Below the pieces are notes generated by a model. The model made no database searches. It saw nothing but the letters and a program-made list of their open reading frames with translations, and was not told the DNA's origin. DNA of 64,000 nucleotides. It comes from Camelus dromedarius. Its lineage: Eukaryota. Location of the stretch: contig NC_087437.1 of assembly GCF_036321535.1 (NCBI RefSeq), forward strand, positions 43,340,001 through 43,404,000, written 5' to 3'. A program made the position numbers and the translations under genes. The stretch's first letter is position 1. The number at the start of each line of letters is the position of its first letter. This document shows positions 11,690-24,000 of this stretch, piece after piece.

Positions 11690-13801
11690 ATATTATTTTT
11701 TTTATTGCTGCTATACAAATTGCCACAAGCTTAGTGGCTTAAAGTAACATACATTTATTATCTTATAGTTAAGAAATTAGAAAGTCTGATGCAGGTCTCA
11801 TTGGGCTAAAATCAGGTGTCAGCAGGACTGTGTTGCTTATTGCAGGCTCTAGGGCAAAATCTATTATTTTGATTTTACAGGTTGTTGACAGAATTTAGTT
11901 TCTTTCAGTGATAGGACTGGGGTTCAGGTCCTCAATAGGTTGTCAGCTGAGGGTTTTATTCTGCTTCTAGAGGCCTCCATGTTCACTTTGAATCACTCCT
12001 GCCTATATTTTCCTCTTGTATCTCTCACAGTTCTTTTTTTTTTTTTAACATTTTTTATTGATTTATAATCATTTTACAATGTTGTGTCAAATTCCAGTGT
12101 AGAGCACAATTTTTCAGTTATACATGAACGTATATATATTCATTGTCACATTTTTTTCTCTGTGAGCTACTGTAAGATCTTGTATATATTTCCCTGTGCT
12201 ATACAGTATAATCTTGTTTATCTATTCTACAATTTTGAAATCCCGGTCTATCCCTTCCTACCTCCCCTCCCCCCAGCCCCCTTGGCAACCACAAGTTTGT
12301 ATTCTATGTCTATGAGTCTGTTTCTGTTTTGTGTTTATGCTTTGTTTGTTTGTTTTAGATTCCACATATGAGCGGTCTTATATGGTATTTTTCTTTCTCT
12401 TTCTGGCTTATTTCATTTAGAATGACATTCTCCAGGAGCATCCATGTTGCTGCAAATGGCATTATGTTGTCAGGTTTTATGGCTGAATAGTATTCCATTG
12501 TATAAATATACCACCTCTTCTTTATCCAGTCATCTGTTGATGGACATTTAGGCTGTTTCCATGTCTTGGCTATTGTAAATAGTGCTGCTATGAACATTGG
12601 GGTGCAGGTGTCATCCTGAAGTAGGGTTCCTCTGTATATATGCCCAGGAGTGGGATTCCTGGGTCATACAGTAAGTCTATTCCTAGTCTTTTGAGGAATC
12701 TCCATACTGTTTTCCACAGTGGCTGCACCAAACTGCGTTCCTACCAGCAGTGTAGGAGAGTTCCCTTTTCTCCACATCCTCTCCAGCATTTGTCTTTTGT
12801 GGACTTTTGAATGATGGCCATTCTGGCTGGTGTGAGGTGATACCTCATCGTAGTTTTGATTTGCATTTCTCTGATAATTAGTGATATTGAGCATTGTTTC
12901 ATGTGCCTATTTATCATTTGTATATCTTCCTTGGAGAATTGCTTGTTTAGGTCTTCTGCCCATTTTTGGATTGGGTTGTTTGTTTTTTTCTTATTAAGTT
13001 GTATGAGCTGCTTATATATTCTGGAGATCACGTCTTTGTCGGTTTCATTTGCAAAATTTTCTCCCATTCCGTAGGTTGTCTTTTTGTTTTACTTATGGTT
13101 TCCTTTGCTGTGCAGAAACTTGTAAGTTTAATTAGATCCCATTTGTTTATTCTTGCTTTTATTTCTATTGCTTGAGTAGACTGTTCTAGGAGAACAATTT
13201 TGAGATGTATGTCAGATAATGTTTTGCCTGTATTTTCTTCTAGGAGGTTTATTGTATCTTGTCTTATGTTTAAGTCTTTGATCCATTTTGAGTTTATTTT
13301 TGTGTATGGTGTAAGGGAGTGTTCTAGCTTCATTGCTTTACATGCTGCTGTCCAGTTTTCCCAACACCATTTGCTGAAGAGACTGTCTTTATTCCATTGT
13401 ATATTCTTGTCTCCTTTGTCGAAGATTAGTTGACCAAAAGTTTGTGGGTTCGTTTCTGGGCTCTCTATTCTGTTCCATTGGTCTATATGTCTGTTTTTGT
13501 ACCAATACCATGCTGTCTTGATGACTGTAGCTCTATAGTGTTGTCTGAAGTCTGGGAGAGTTATTCCACCAGCCTCTTTCTTTCTCTTCAGTAATGCTTT
13601 GGCAATTCTAGGTCTTTGACGGTTCCATATAAATTTGATTATGATTTTGAACACAGTCCTTTTAAGAACTAATGTGATTATATTAGGCCCATCTGAATAT
13701 CACATCTGCAAAGTTCCTTTTGCCATGGAAAGTAGCATATTCACAGGTTCTTAGGATTAGGGCACAGCCATCTTTGGGGAGCATTATTCTGCCTACTGTA
13801 C
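11690..13801 (-). mobile_element. MLT1 (MaLR) solo LTR split by an L1 insertion
   Basis: Left part ATTGCTGCTATACAAATTGCCACAAGCTTAGTGGCTTAAA...GGGCTAAAATCAGGTGTCAGCAGG (11690-12037). Right part ATCACATCTGCAAAGTTCCTTTTGCCATG...CATTATTCTGCCTAC (13652-13801). Confidence 0.8.
12038..13651 (-). mobile_element. Young 5'-truncated LINE-1 (ORF2 C-terminal part, 3'UTR, polyA); non-functional
   Basis: ORF track pieces are typical L1 ORF2 ([13 protein letters not shown]...[35 protein letters not shown]...[35 protein letters not shown]). They are broken by two frameshifts and a stop after HCW. PolyT at left; TSD CACAGTYCTTTT at 12026-12037 and 13652-13663. Confidence 0.97.
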
Positions 13802-14597
13802 ACAGAACCCAATAATTATTGTCAGACTGGTCCTTCTGAGAACTAGAGCCTTATGGTATGAAGAATAGAGGTCTCCCCGGTTCTGGGAAATAGGCTATCT
13901 CCTTTGAGTCTTCCGTGTGCCCTGTTGTGGAGTATCTGAAGGAACTAGATAGACTTATATCTTCAGTGTAGCAGGGTTTGGAGATTGCTTGTGTGAATTC
14001 CCCACACCCTAGGAAGGCACTTTACTTCCCTAGTATTTAGGATCTTATTTGACATATGTCACTTTAATTTACAAAATACAGGCATATGAAGCAAAGTTGG
14101 CCCTATTAGGGATTCTCTGATATTACTTCTGCCTTTTCATTATCCTTTTCACTCCGTCCTCTGACTGTAGTTCCCATTCATCCTGTGGACATTGGCATGT
14201 ATTGTTTTAAGGTGTCTCTTGGCCCTGAAATCTCCAACTCTCTCAATCCAGCCTTCTTAACCAGCATGACTCCCACCCTCTCTCCTCACCTAATTATTTT
14301 CTCCCCCAGCAAGGGACATTGACTCTCAATTCTCATTTCACACAAGTAAATACTACTTTCCTTCCCTTCCTCCCTTCTTCGAACTAGACTGTCAATTGGC
14401 AATCCCAAGCTGCTTTGATTCCCAAATCTACTAGTAAATACATGCCATAAAATTTTCACAATAAACTCATCTTATGTCTTACCAAATACTGTTTCCAGGG
14501 TCGCCAAAGATATTCTTTGTCAGAACCAGTGTCCTTTCTTCCAGAAGCAAGTACCTTACTTCTCTTTTGCATTTATCTACTTCCTTCTTTTTATATA

Positions 14598-14846
14598 TGT
14601 ATTTTTAATTGAAATATGATCAGTTTATAATGTTGTGTCAATTTCTGGTGTACAGCAAGATACTTCAGCCATATAGGAACATACATATATTCATCTTCAT
14701 ATTCTTTTTCACCATAAGTTACTACAAGATATTGAATATGGTTCTCTGTGCTGTGCAGTATAAACTTGTTGTTTATCTATTTTATATATATATTAGTTAA
14801 TATCTGCCAATCTCAAACTCCCTATTTATCACTTCCCACCCTCTTC
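14598..14846 (-). mobile_element. Short L1 3'UTR fragment
   Basis: TTTTTAATTGAAATATGATCAGTTTATAATGTTGTGTCAATTTCTGGTGTACAG... is homologous to the 3' ends at 12050-12260 and 31300-31520. Confidence 0.9.
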
Positions 14847-16128
14847 TTTAAACTCTATTCCACTGATCCCACGATTTTTCACTCTTCTGTTTTTTACATA
14901 TTTTTAAACTCTTACTGTCTTTCTGGACATTTTGCCTCATAATATGATCTCCCAAGATTCAGTTCCACTGCTTTTCCTTCTGGCAGTCCTGGTAGGGATC
15001 ATCACCTGAGTAGCAATTTGATGCCTTTGTAATAAAATCTTTAAGCACCTACTATCTTCCTAAATTAACCACCACGTTAAATTGAGGGAGTGAGATTTGG
15101 TATCTTCCCTCAGAGAGTACTTTTCCATATTTTTGCTGCCCCTTTTAATTCCAACAGATATGTCACTAAATAAACACGTTACTGACACCCACTGTGGCTT
15201 TGTAGAACCTAGAAGTTAGGATGCAAATACGAATATCTAAGATTGGGTGAGTTATTGAGCTACTAAGCATAATCTCTGTCACTACAAGGCATGGCTCACC
15301 CTAATAAAGAGATTTTGTTTTCAGAGTGTACATCTTAAATCCGGTGAGAAGTTACATGATCTCATTGTGCTACGTTAGGTATGATGTCATACTGATACCC
15401 CCATTTACATGTAAAACTCTTAAAGCATTTTTGCTCTAACTAGTGAAGGCAAGATAAACAATAAACATCTTATAAGAGGAAAGTCTTGTTCACTGGACTG
15501 GAAAAGCTTTAGGGACTCAGTTCTATAAAGAAGCCATAGATTTCTTCTCTCCTTGCAATGAACAGCTACCACTCATCTTAAAAATCAATATTAATAGAAT
15601 AGTATGGTATTCTTGCCCCCTGTAGACCACGAGTCATTCCAATCGATTGTATTCGCATTCATAAAAGCCATGGTGTACCGTAAAAAGTTAATATTAGGGG
15701 ATAAAAGAATTTAAAAGCCACACATAAAAGAAATGCATTTTGAGATTATACTTGATCTGCCATGATTTGAGAGAAAAAAATATCTGATGAAAGGTTCTCT
15801 CTTATAAATTAGCTTCCACTGACATAAATGATCATTTTTCTGCTAGATATCCCTTCATTACATGTAACAGTGTTAAACCTTACTAAAGATATGTGTCAAG
15901 ACTTTTATTTGTAAGTTATCCTGAAGATGTATTCTAAGTCCAATCTTTTGCCGTCTTTAAATCATTTAGAGGATTTTATTTTTATAATTGTGCATTTATA
16001 GAATTATATTTCATTGTACATTTTTGGTTTGCATTTTGCTTAAGTAAGTATAGGAAGGAGTTTGCTTTTCAGTTTCTGTTTTAGACATAGGGAGAAAAGT
16101 TACTGAAGTTACTTAGTACAGTAGCCAG

Positions 16129-16334
16129 CAGTGATGTGCTGAAGGTGGCTCATACTGACTTGTAAAAACCAATTATATCCATCTCTTCCCAATTCTGCAT
16201 TCAAAGATGTCAAATTGGTGGTTTAAAATGGTCCATAGTGAGAATATTCACACTATGGAAATCAGCAAATGCTACAAATCAGGGCTCTTCTCCCCGAAGA
16301 ACTAGTGTTTTAAGTATTAACCAGAATACCCCTG
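16129..16334 (+). mobile_element. MER63-like hAT-Blackjack MITE
   Basis: CAGTGATGTGCTG...CATCTCTTCCCAATTCTGCATTCA...GGAAATCAGCAAATGCTACAAATCAGGGCT...CCAGAATACCCCTG follows the recalled MER63A consensus, with imperfect TIRs. Confidence 0.85.
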
Positions 16335-17075
16335 GTATTAGGTTATTTACATTTCCTATAACAATACAGTTAGCTGCTAGATCTGGGGAGCCAATGAACT
16401 GGTTAATTGTTTTTGTTGTTGTGCTTGTGGGTTTTTTTTCTTATTTTTTGTTTTTTCAAGCAGTTAACGATGTATAAAATGATAGTAACAATAAAAACCA
16501 AGTTTGACCAATGAGGTAAGGAATTCATTGTTTCCATAAATAATATTATTATGTGAAAATATTAAGTGTTAAAATGATTCAGTTTAGAGAGAGGATGCTA
16601 AACATCTATATCTCTGAATCTTTTAGCAAAAAAAAAGATAGATAAGAAGCCAATTCCATTCCTTCTATCTTCTTCATTGCCCCCATTTCAGTCTCCATCA
16701 AACCGTGGGTTTTGATTACTTTAGCAGAGTCAAAGAAGGACTTTATAAGCTTCAATAACTTAAAGGATGATCTGAGATAACAAAATTTTGCTGAACTTGA
16801 TGGAGAGGCAGAATAGAGTCTGCATTAATGATTTTTTTTTGCATTAATGATTTTTGTGATTAAAATTACACATTGAAATTTTTTCCAACTAATTGGTTAA
16901 AAATATTTTTTAGAGTGACTTACAGTAGTAGACTACTTTTATTTAACATTTTTACAAAAACATTTTAAGTAAGCCTGAAAGATATAGCCCCTATGAAACT
17001 CTTCATTTGGGAACATAAGTGAAACTTGGTCGCTGCTTTACAGCTCCCCATTAAACTAGACCAGCTAGATTCAGT

Positions 17076-17392
17076 TAGGGCTTACCCACTCTAGCTGGAA
17101 GGCCAAAGGTGACCTACCACCTGATTTATACGGTAGCTGAGCTAAGTATGCTTTTTACGCTTTTTAAATGAGAAAATCAAAAGAAAAATATTTTGTGATG
17201 TAAAAATTCTATGAAGTTTAAGTTTCCATTAGCAAAGCCTTATTGGAACACAGCCATGCCCCTTCCTTTCCATGTCCTTATGGCTGCTTGCAGGCTGTAA
17301 CAGCAGAGTTGAGAAGTTATGACAGAGGATATATGCCTTGTAAAGCCTAAAATATTTACTGTACGTTCGCTTATAGAAAAAAAGTTGCTTAA
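17076..17392 (+). mobile_element. MER58B-like hAT-Charlie MITE
   Basis: GAGCTAAGTATGCTTTTTAC...TTATTGGAACACAGCCATGCC...GCAGAGTTGAGAAGTTATGACAGAG...AAAGCCTAAAATATTTACT; homologous to 54571-54881. Confidence 0.85.
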
Positions 17393-17862
17393 GCAGAGAC
17401 TAAATTATACTTCTTTTTATGTGATGTTTTAATTCCATTCCTTTACTTGAGTTAAATTAACAAAATCAACAATTTTCTTAAGGATATCAAAGAGCTACAT
17501 AAGTTAATTATGAAACATGTAAACAAGGAAATAAAATGATGCATATGCAAGCAGCTGAGTTCTTAACAGATTACGCGTTCAGCTTTTTTTTTTTTCCCCT
17601 CAGTTGTCTCCAGCCAAAGGCTCTTCTACAGCTGGTAGATCGTCTACTCCTTGTGGTCTCTCCTCACTGAAACACTAAACTGACAGGATAGAAGGGCAGA
17701 GCTTTTTGGAAATATTAAAAAGAGGTCAGGAAAGACAATGCTCAAGAGGAAATAAAGAGGATACCTCATAATTATATTGTAGCCTTTTTCAGTAAATGCT
17801 AAAAACATTGATTTCTCAAACATATTTTTAAAATATGCCCACGTTTTATTAGCTCTGTTTTG

Positions 17863-17904
17863 GCGTCACTTCCTTGTTTAATACTAAGAGCATCACATGA
17901 TTGG
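17863..17904. promoter_or_regulatory. ETS-CRE composite, M-box-type E-box and inverted CCAAT cluster
   Basis: GCGTCACTTCCT (17863-17874, reverse AGGAAGTGACGC), TCACATGA (17893-17900) and GATTGG (17899-17904), just upstream of a candidate exon in TE-free, CpG-retaining sequence. Confidence 0.45.
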
Positions 17905-17932
17905 GATAATCTGGATCTTCGTCTGACCACAG

Positions 17933-18005
17933 CTTTGGGTGCGTCTGTTGCACTGTAGATGTGCTATAACCCAGCGTCGTTTGTCCTGCTTATACGCAAG
18001 TGCAG
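17933..18005 (+). other. ZBTB20: Candidate 73-nt 5'UTR exon of a large + strand host gene (tentatively ZBTB20)
   Basis: Acceptor TCTTCGTCTGACCACAG| and donor CAG|GTAACC, with several CpGs retained. The gene name rests on recalled 5'UTR exon size and spacing, not on a search. Confidence 0.45.
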
Positions 18006-20444
18006 GTAACCAACCAGACGAAGAGAAGTAATTATCTCCAAATTAAGCCTGACTAAATGAAGATAAAGATGGATTTTTAAAAAAAATCAGTTTCTCCCCA
18101 TGAATCACTTTTGAGTACTTTTCATATATTACTAAATGTGGTTTTGAATAACTCTATTTCCATCCCTATCCTGTGTAAGCTTTTTCATAACTATGGAGGG
18201 AGGAGAAGAGGGAGTCTAGCTTCTCATTTTTAAGAGGCAAGATTTACTTAGGAATACCTACCCAAACCCCTAACCATCTTGATGTCTTCGGGCTTTCAGA
18301 GGAAGGCAGACAGACAAAGCGCAAAGATTCATAGATATCATAGATAGAACTGACACTGAGACAAGGCAATGTTTATTTTGACCAATAAAGTAATCCTAGT
18401 AAATCAGTAGAACAATTCAGGTTTAATTATCATTTGCGTAGCATTTTATACTGATAGGGGAAGTGTGATATATTGCCCAGATGGCAGCAGAGAAAACTAG
18501 ATAATTTTGAAGTGAATATTTCAAAGTCACAAAAGCAATAACTATCAGAGCCCTGTTTTAAGGCTAAATCTTCTGCCTCAAAATTCCTGTCTTTTGCAAC
18601 TGTTCTTCAAGGAGAACAGTGCAGAGTTCAAGCAGAGCACATAAGAATGCCCTCTTAGGACTTTCTGGCCACCTAATTTTAAAACATTCAGTTATTGCCA
18701 ATGAGCTTATCAAAAGCTGGAATAGAGATGTATTTCCCCTCACCCTCCAGAAAGACCCTTTTCCAGTTTTCCGCTGGGCGTTGTGACTGGGAACACATTA
18801 GGAGTTCATGGGCATGTGCTTTCTATGAGATGTGCACATGTGGTGTGTGGCCCACCACGGTGCGGGCAGTGGGGAAGGAGGAAGCGCAATTAATACAGAG
18901 ACTTGCTTCTGAACCAACAATTAAAAAGCAGAATCAGAAACAGAATATTTCAAAGCTGGTATGATTTTGTTGTTGTTTGTGTGATTTTTTTTTTAAAGAA
19001 TATGTTTTCTTTCAGCAGCTTGGCATTTTTCTTTATTGCATGTTAGATTTGAATAATATAAAATCACACTTAAATCTGTTTGCAATCTCATTTTGAGCTT
19101 ACTCTTTTTGTTAGCTGCCCCCTAAAGAATATTTCTTACTTTGCTTATTCAAGATTTGCATATTTTGTATATAAAACTTAGGTAAATGAGATCCTCATTT
19201 CTAAGATTCCCTACAAAGTGATAAAGGATTTTATTTTGCAAAAACTGAAGTATAAAATAGTGGTATCTCTCTTCATGGCACTCAAGACATTTTCATTTGA
19301 TCATTTTATTTTGGAAACTAAATTGGAAAATGATCTGAATTTACACAAGGGGCTTCATTTCTTTTTCCAGAATAGGCCTTAAAATGCTGTGGAATTGTAT
19401 TGATTTATTTTGAGAATCTCGGCAAATCACTGCACTGCCCTTCAAGAACTCTGAGCTGGATTCAAAGGACACATTGCAGTTTCTGTATTAGAGATGGAGC
19501 CATTTGTCTCACAACATTACACAGTATATATTGAAAGTTCAGATACATTTTACTTGTCTAAAATACAGCCTTTATATTTAAGTCATTTTAATGACAAGCT
19601 AGTATAAAAACTAATAATCAGATCTTCTGGTGTAGATTTTATCATGACAGGTCTGCGCTTTGCTTGGCATTCAAAATTTGGTTGCTATCACAGATAGCCC
19701 TTGAATAATGTTATTTGATGATCCTAATACATGCTCGTACTTTTTTGAGAAACCTTCCAATTTCCCCTGTTCTGCCATCTCCCGTATCCCAACTTCTTTT
19801 AGCTTTGGATACTTTTTCTTTAACTTTTCCAAATCCCACAGTTTTCTTATTCCGCTTGGACAGGGTCCATGAAACAGTCCACTTAGGTGATCTCAGCTCC
19901 TGTCCTTGGTGGAGGCCTTCCCATGGGGATGGACATGTGACCAGCCTGTGTCTTCACCGTCCTCCTTGACTGGTGAGGATTTTAGGATTGGCGTAGAAAT
20001 AGCTGATTCTTGGCACTGAAAGTGTGACTTTTTAAAAAGGGTCTGTGTAAGGATAAAGAAAAATGTAATATCTCAAATTTACAGGTCAACTTGATTTCAT
20101 ATAACCGCACTTTATAATAGTTATATAAACCTGCTTTTCACAAGATGGAATAATTTAAGATTGCATTTATTCTTACACATGACCTTTGAGTAATCTAGGC
20201 TACTCAACCCAGTTTTTAAGCTGGCAAGTCTTTAGCAACTGTATTTTACTATTTGACCATTGGTTCTTTCAACAGGCTAGATAGCCTCACTCTTTTTTAA
20301 TTTGTTTTTCATTGAGGTAAGCTTAGAATAGACATGGAATGGTGCATTCTGGCTGGTTTCAGGGTCAGCTGAGAACGCAATTGTATTAGACTATAACTGT
20401 TTTGTGAACTCATAGCATCCAGTCTAAAGATGGTATCAGGAGCA

Positions 20445-21005
20445 TCTATTTAACAAATATGTATCTCATGACTACTGTGTGCCACACAGCATTCTGGTGT
20501 TGGAAACAAAACAAAAGTGACTCAGTACTTGTGCTGAAGAGCTTGCATAGGGTAAGATAGATAAATACAAATAATGTACTGTGCAATTAGCGCCATGATG
20601 AAAATACTGTAAGAACCCTTGGGTTTGCCACCTAATGTAGCTTTAGTAGATCTGGACATTCTGCCCAGGGTGAATAGCACATGTAAAGGTCTAGAGAAAT
20701 TTAGCACGGAGAAGAGAGTTGTTCAGTTAACAAAGGTCAGGTCAGGAAGGGCATTGCCTGTTCTAGTAAGAAGTTTATTCTGGGGACAAAGGGACACCAC
20801 ATCGATGGGCTTTTAGGAGGCTCTGACCTGATCAGATCAGATCTGTAACAACCGAGGAGACTGGTGATTAGATCTAAGGGAAAGAGATTCCTACAAAGGA
20901 AAAAAGGATGGTTTGGAGAGAGTACAGAGCAGACCAGACTTGGCTACTGACTGAACAAGTGAAGGAAATGGAATAGTGAAGATTAATCATGGCCTGGACA
21001 GGTGG
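20445..21005 (-). mobile_element. L2 LINE fragment
   Basis: TTTAACAAATATGTAT...ACTACTGTGTGCCA 3' end, followed by degenerate L2 body (GAATAGCACATGTAAAGGTCTAGAG). Confidence 0.7.
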
Positions 21006-24000
21006 TGAAGCTTTTACCTTAGGATACATATGTACTTATGTTTAAAAGCTTCTGCATGATAAGAGATGATTTAACCTTTAGGCTTTGACTATTTAAAAAC
21101 ATGTATAAAATATTTCCATAAAATATAAAAATGTTTCTTCAAATTCTTTAACAAGTAAAACTCTCTACTACTGCATTTTCATATCTCCTTTCTAGAAGGG
21201 ACAGATGGCAGCTTCAGATTGGGAAGAGGTGATTAAAAAGTAAGAGTTATCTATCGGTGAGGCCAAGCCTTCCTCATCAAGGCAGTTGTGTTTGAGGTAC
21301 AAGATAGAGGAGAGAAGATGGGACACTATACCTGCGGGCATATACCTTCGGAAACAATGAAGCGGTTGCTGAAAGCTGGGACAGTTTGTCTTTTATTTTA
21401 AAGTCTCAAATGAGAGTCAGTGTCAGTCTCAGCCAAATTCCTTGAAATACTGTCATATATTTCAGAGAGCTGTAAGGGGATCTTTTATTATATCCTTTCA
21501 AATCCTGATGTGCCTTCTAGAAGTTGGCTTTAAAATACTTGTAGTCTTTTTTTCCTTAGCAGAGACTGAGAAATACTCTCTCTCTCTCTTTTTTTTCCCC
21601 CTTTTCCATTTTCAAGTAGCTACAAAGTTTACTTTTGAAGTAGAGATTTACTTTTCCAAGAATTTTTGAAGGTCTTCTATACGACAGTACAATTTGAACT
21701 TTAAGAACTTTGTAATATATTCATCTTATGTGACTTTAGACTGACAATTCTATTCTGGTTTTTGAAAAGTCAAACTTTCTGAGGTTTTCAGTCCACATAT
21801 AAATTCTTGTGGGTTCCTCTAGGCACTACACATTATTTCATTATTGTGTGGCCTTTTTTAAACAAAAAGGTGTGAAAATCTTCCCTTCTCATTTTTTTTT
21901 TCTGACTCTCTTCCCTATCTCTCTGTTTTTTCCTGTTCATCTTCAGTCCAACAAATATTTATTCCGGGGCTAATACATTTAAGGCTTTGTGCCAGCCCTG
22001 GAGTCACAGAAGGAGTAAGAGGCCATCCCTACTGCAAACGTTTCAAGTTGCTTTCTCTCCTGATTCTCTCTTTTTAACTTTTACCTCTTTTTAAAAATAT
22101 ATATATCTTGCCTAATTTTTCTGCCTTTTTTTCATAAATGGACTATGCTTGTGTATATATGTCAGTAGATAGCATTTTTTTTCATTTAGCTTTCAAGTAG
22201 GCAAGCACAAACCCCTGACATATAAGCCCAGTGAGGGTTTCTATCTCAGCAAGGCAGCTGGAGAAAGATGTCGATGACACACCACTTTGTTTCTTCTTCA
22301 GGATCACTTCTGCTTCTGGAGGGGATGCTTAGGACCAGATCTGACCACATAAAGACCCACTTGCATTCATGGCTCTGCTTGGTAGTCAGCACAGTGATGG
22401 TGATAGGATTTGACAGAACAGTGCCAGCAGATGCAGACAAAAGTGAGCTCCACTCAGGCAGATGAAGGATCAGCTTACCAACGTGGACTGCACAGAGCTG
22501 GAGACACCTCAGTGTTCCCAGTGAGAAGGCCAAGCCGCCCTGGCTTTCCTGGTCCCAGAAAGACCCTGATGCTGCCGCTCCCACCATATTCTTGAGATGA
22601 GCATCCTACAAGGATTTGGAAAGACCCCCTTTCTAGTCTCATGGGGTTCTGAACCCCCTTGACTCCTCCTGACAATAAGAGCAAGTTCTGGCTACTTGCC
22701 TGATACAAGTAATTGGTAACAATTCCAGAATCTCCCTACGTGCTTGCCTCATTGCCTAAGCTCTCTTTCCCAGACAGACCATCTCCACAGCAGGATGAGG
22801 CCTCAGGCCTGCTGAGGTCTATTCCTACAGGTTCCAGATTCTATTAATTTTCTACAGATAAATGGCAGCACAAATGTCTTGATATTTCTTTATCCTATTT
22901 TTGCACAGTTTGAATTTGCAACTTCAGCCCAATTGTTAAAATGAGTCTAGAGCAAGGAGAGCCAGAGATTTCATATGAACTTCCAGCTCCAATTTGTACT
23001 GCCTGCTTAGAGCAATATGTTAAGTAGGATGCCAAGGCTTCAAGCTGGTTCAGTAAGAGAAAGCTCTGGTCCATCAGGGACATATTCCATCCTCAAGGAA
23101 GGGCACTGCGTTCCTGACATTTCCTATTCCTGGTCTAGCACTGTCCTAAATCTTTAAGAGAGAGGAAGACAGACCTCTCATGTGGCCCGCCCTGGGGCAT
23201 ACACTGGCCTGTTAGATGCTGGCTGCGAGTTATATTACCAGATCTGCCAGTGACGATGGATACGATATGAAATACCTCACTTGGGACATTTCAAGCGAGC
23301 ACAGAAATATTTGGTAAAAATAACAGAAGACATAGATCCAGCAGCATTTTCTCTAGCAGATTTGCCTTTATCATTGCAAGGAAGTTTTGGTGCATAGCCT
23401 TTCCTTGAAGTAAAACGGACATCACTGACATAGTAGGACTTGGCAGGTTCTGAGAACTCTTGCCTGACGGAAATAAAATCTCATCTATCAGTTTGTGGGT
23501 GATCCTTGAAATTAATCAAAGGAATGTATCCCCGTGGTATACTAGGGAAAGTGAGCTCAGCTACATAAGTAAATTGTAGAATTAAGGAACACTTGTAGTG
23601 AGAAGGGACACGAGGGCCATTGATTCCAATACTACTGAAGAACCCTAACCAAATGACTCTCTTTAATTTCGAGGGGGAAGGAAACTTGTATTTACTCACT
23701 AGCTGCTACCAGGGGTGTTATAGATTAGGAGACCTGAAAGTGGAGAGTTTAAGCAACATGTTTAAGGTTGTGCAACGCGGTGAGTAGCATAGTTAGAATT
23801 CGAACCCAGCTTTGACTGGGCCCATAAACACATACGCTTGCTCTTTGAATGAGATCATATTACTGTCTTCTATTATCATTCTTCCCATCTCTTGTCTTCC
23901 CTATCCAATTCACTGACTATTTCTTACTCTACTGAAATCTGATCTCTGCTACTTTCAACTTAGTAAGCACCTGGTAAGCTCATTTATGACCTGTGTTGGT

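Noticed and set aside
12355..13654. Longest ORFs (208, 108 and 80 aa) as a protein-coding gene
   Set aside because: They are frameshifted fragments of a 5'-truncated L1 ORF2.
16821..16855. Tandem TGCATTAATGATTTTT duplication (also TAAGAATTCTCTG twice at 3438 and 3463)
   Set aside because: Short local slippage-type duplications with no sign of function.
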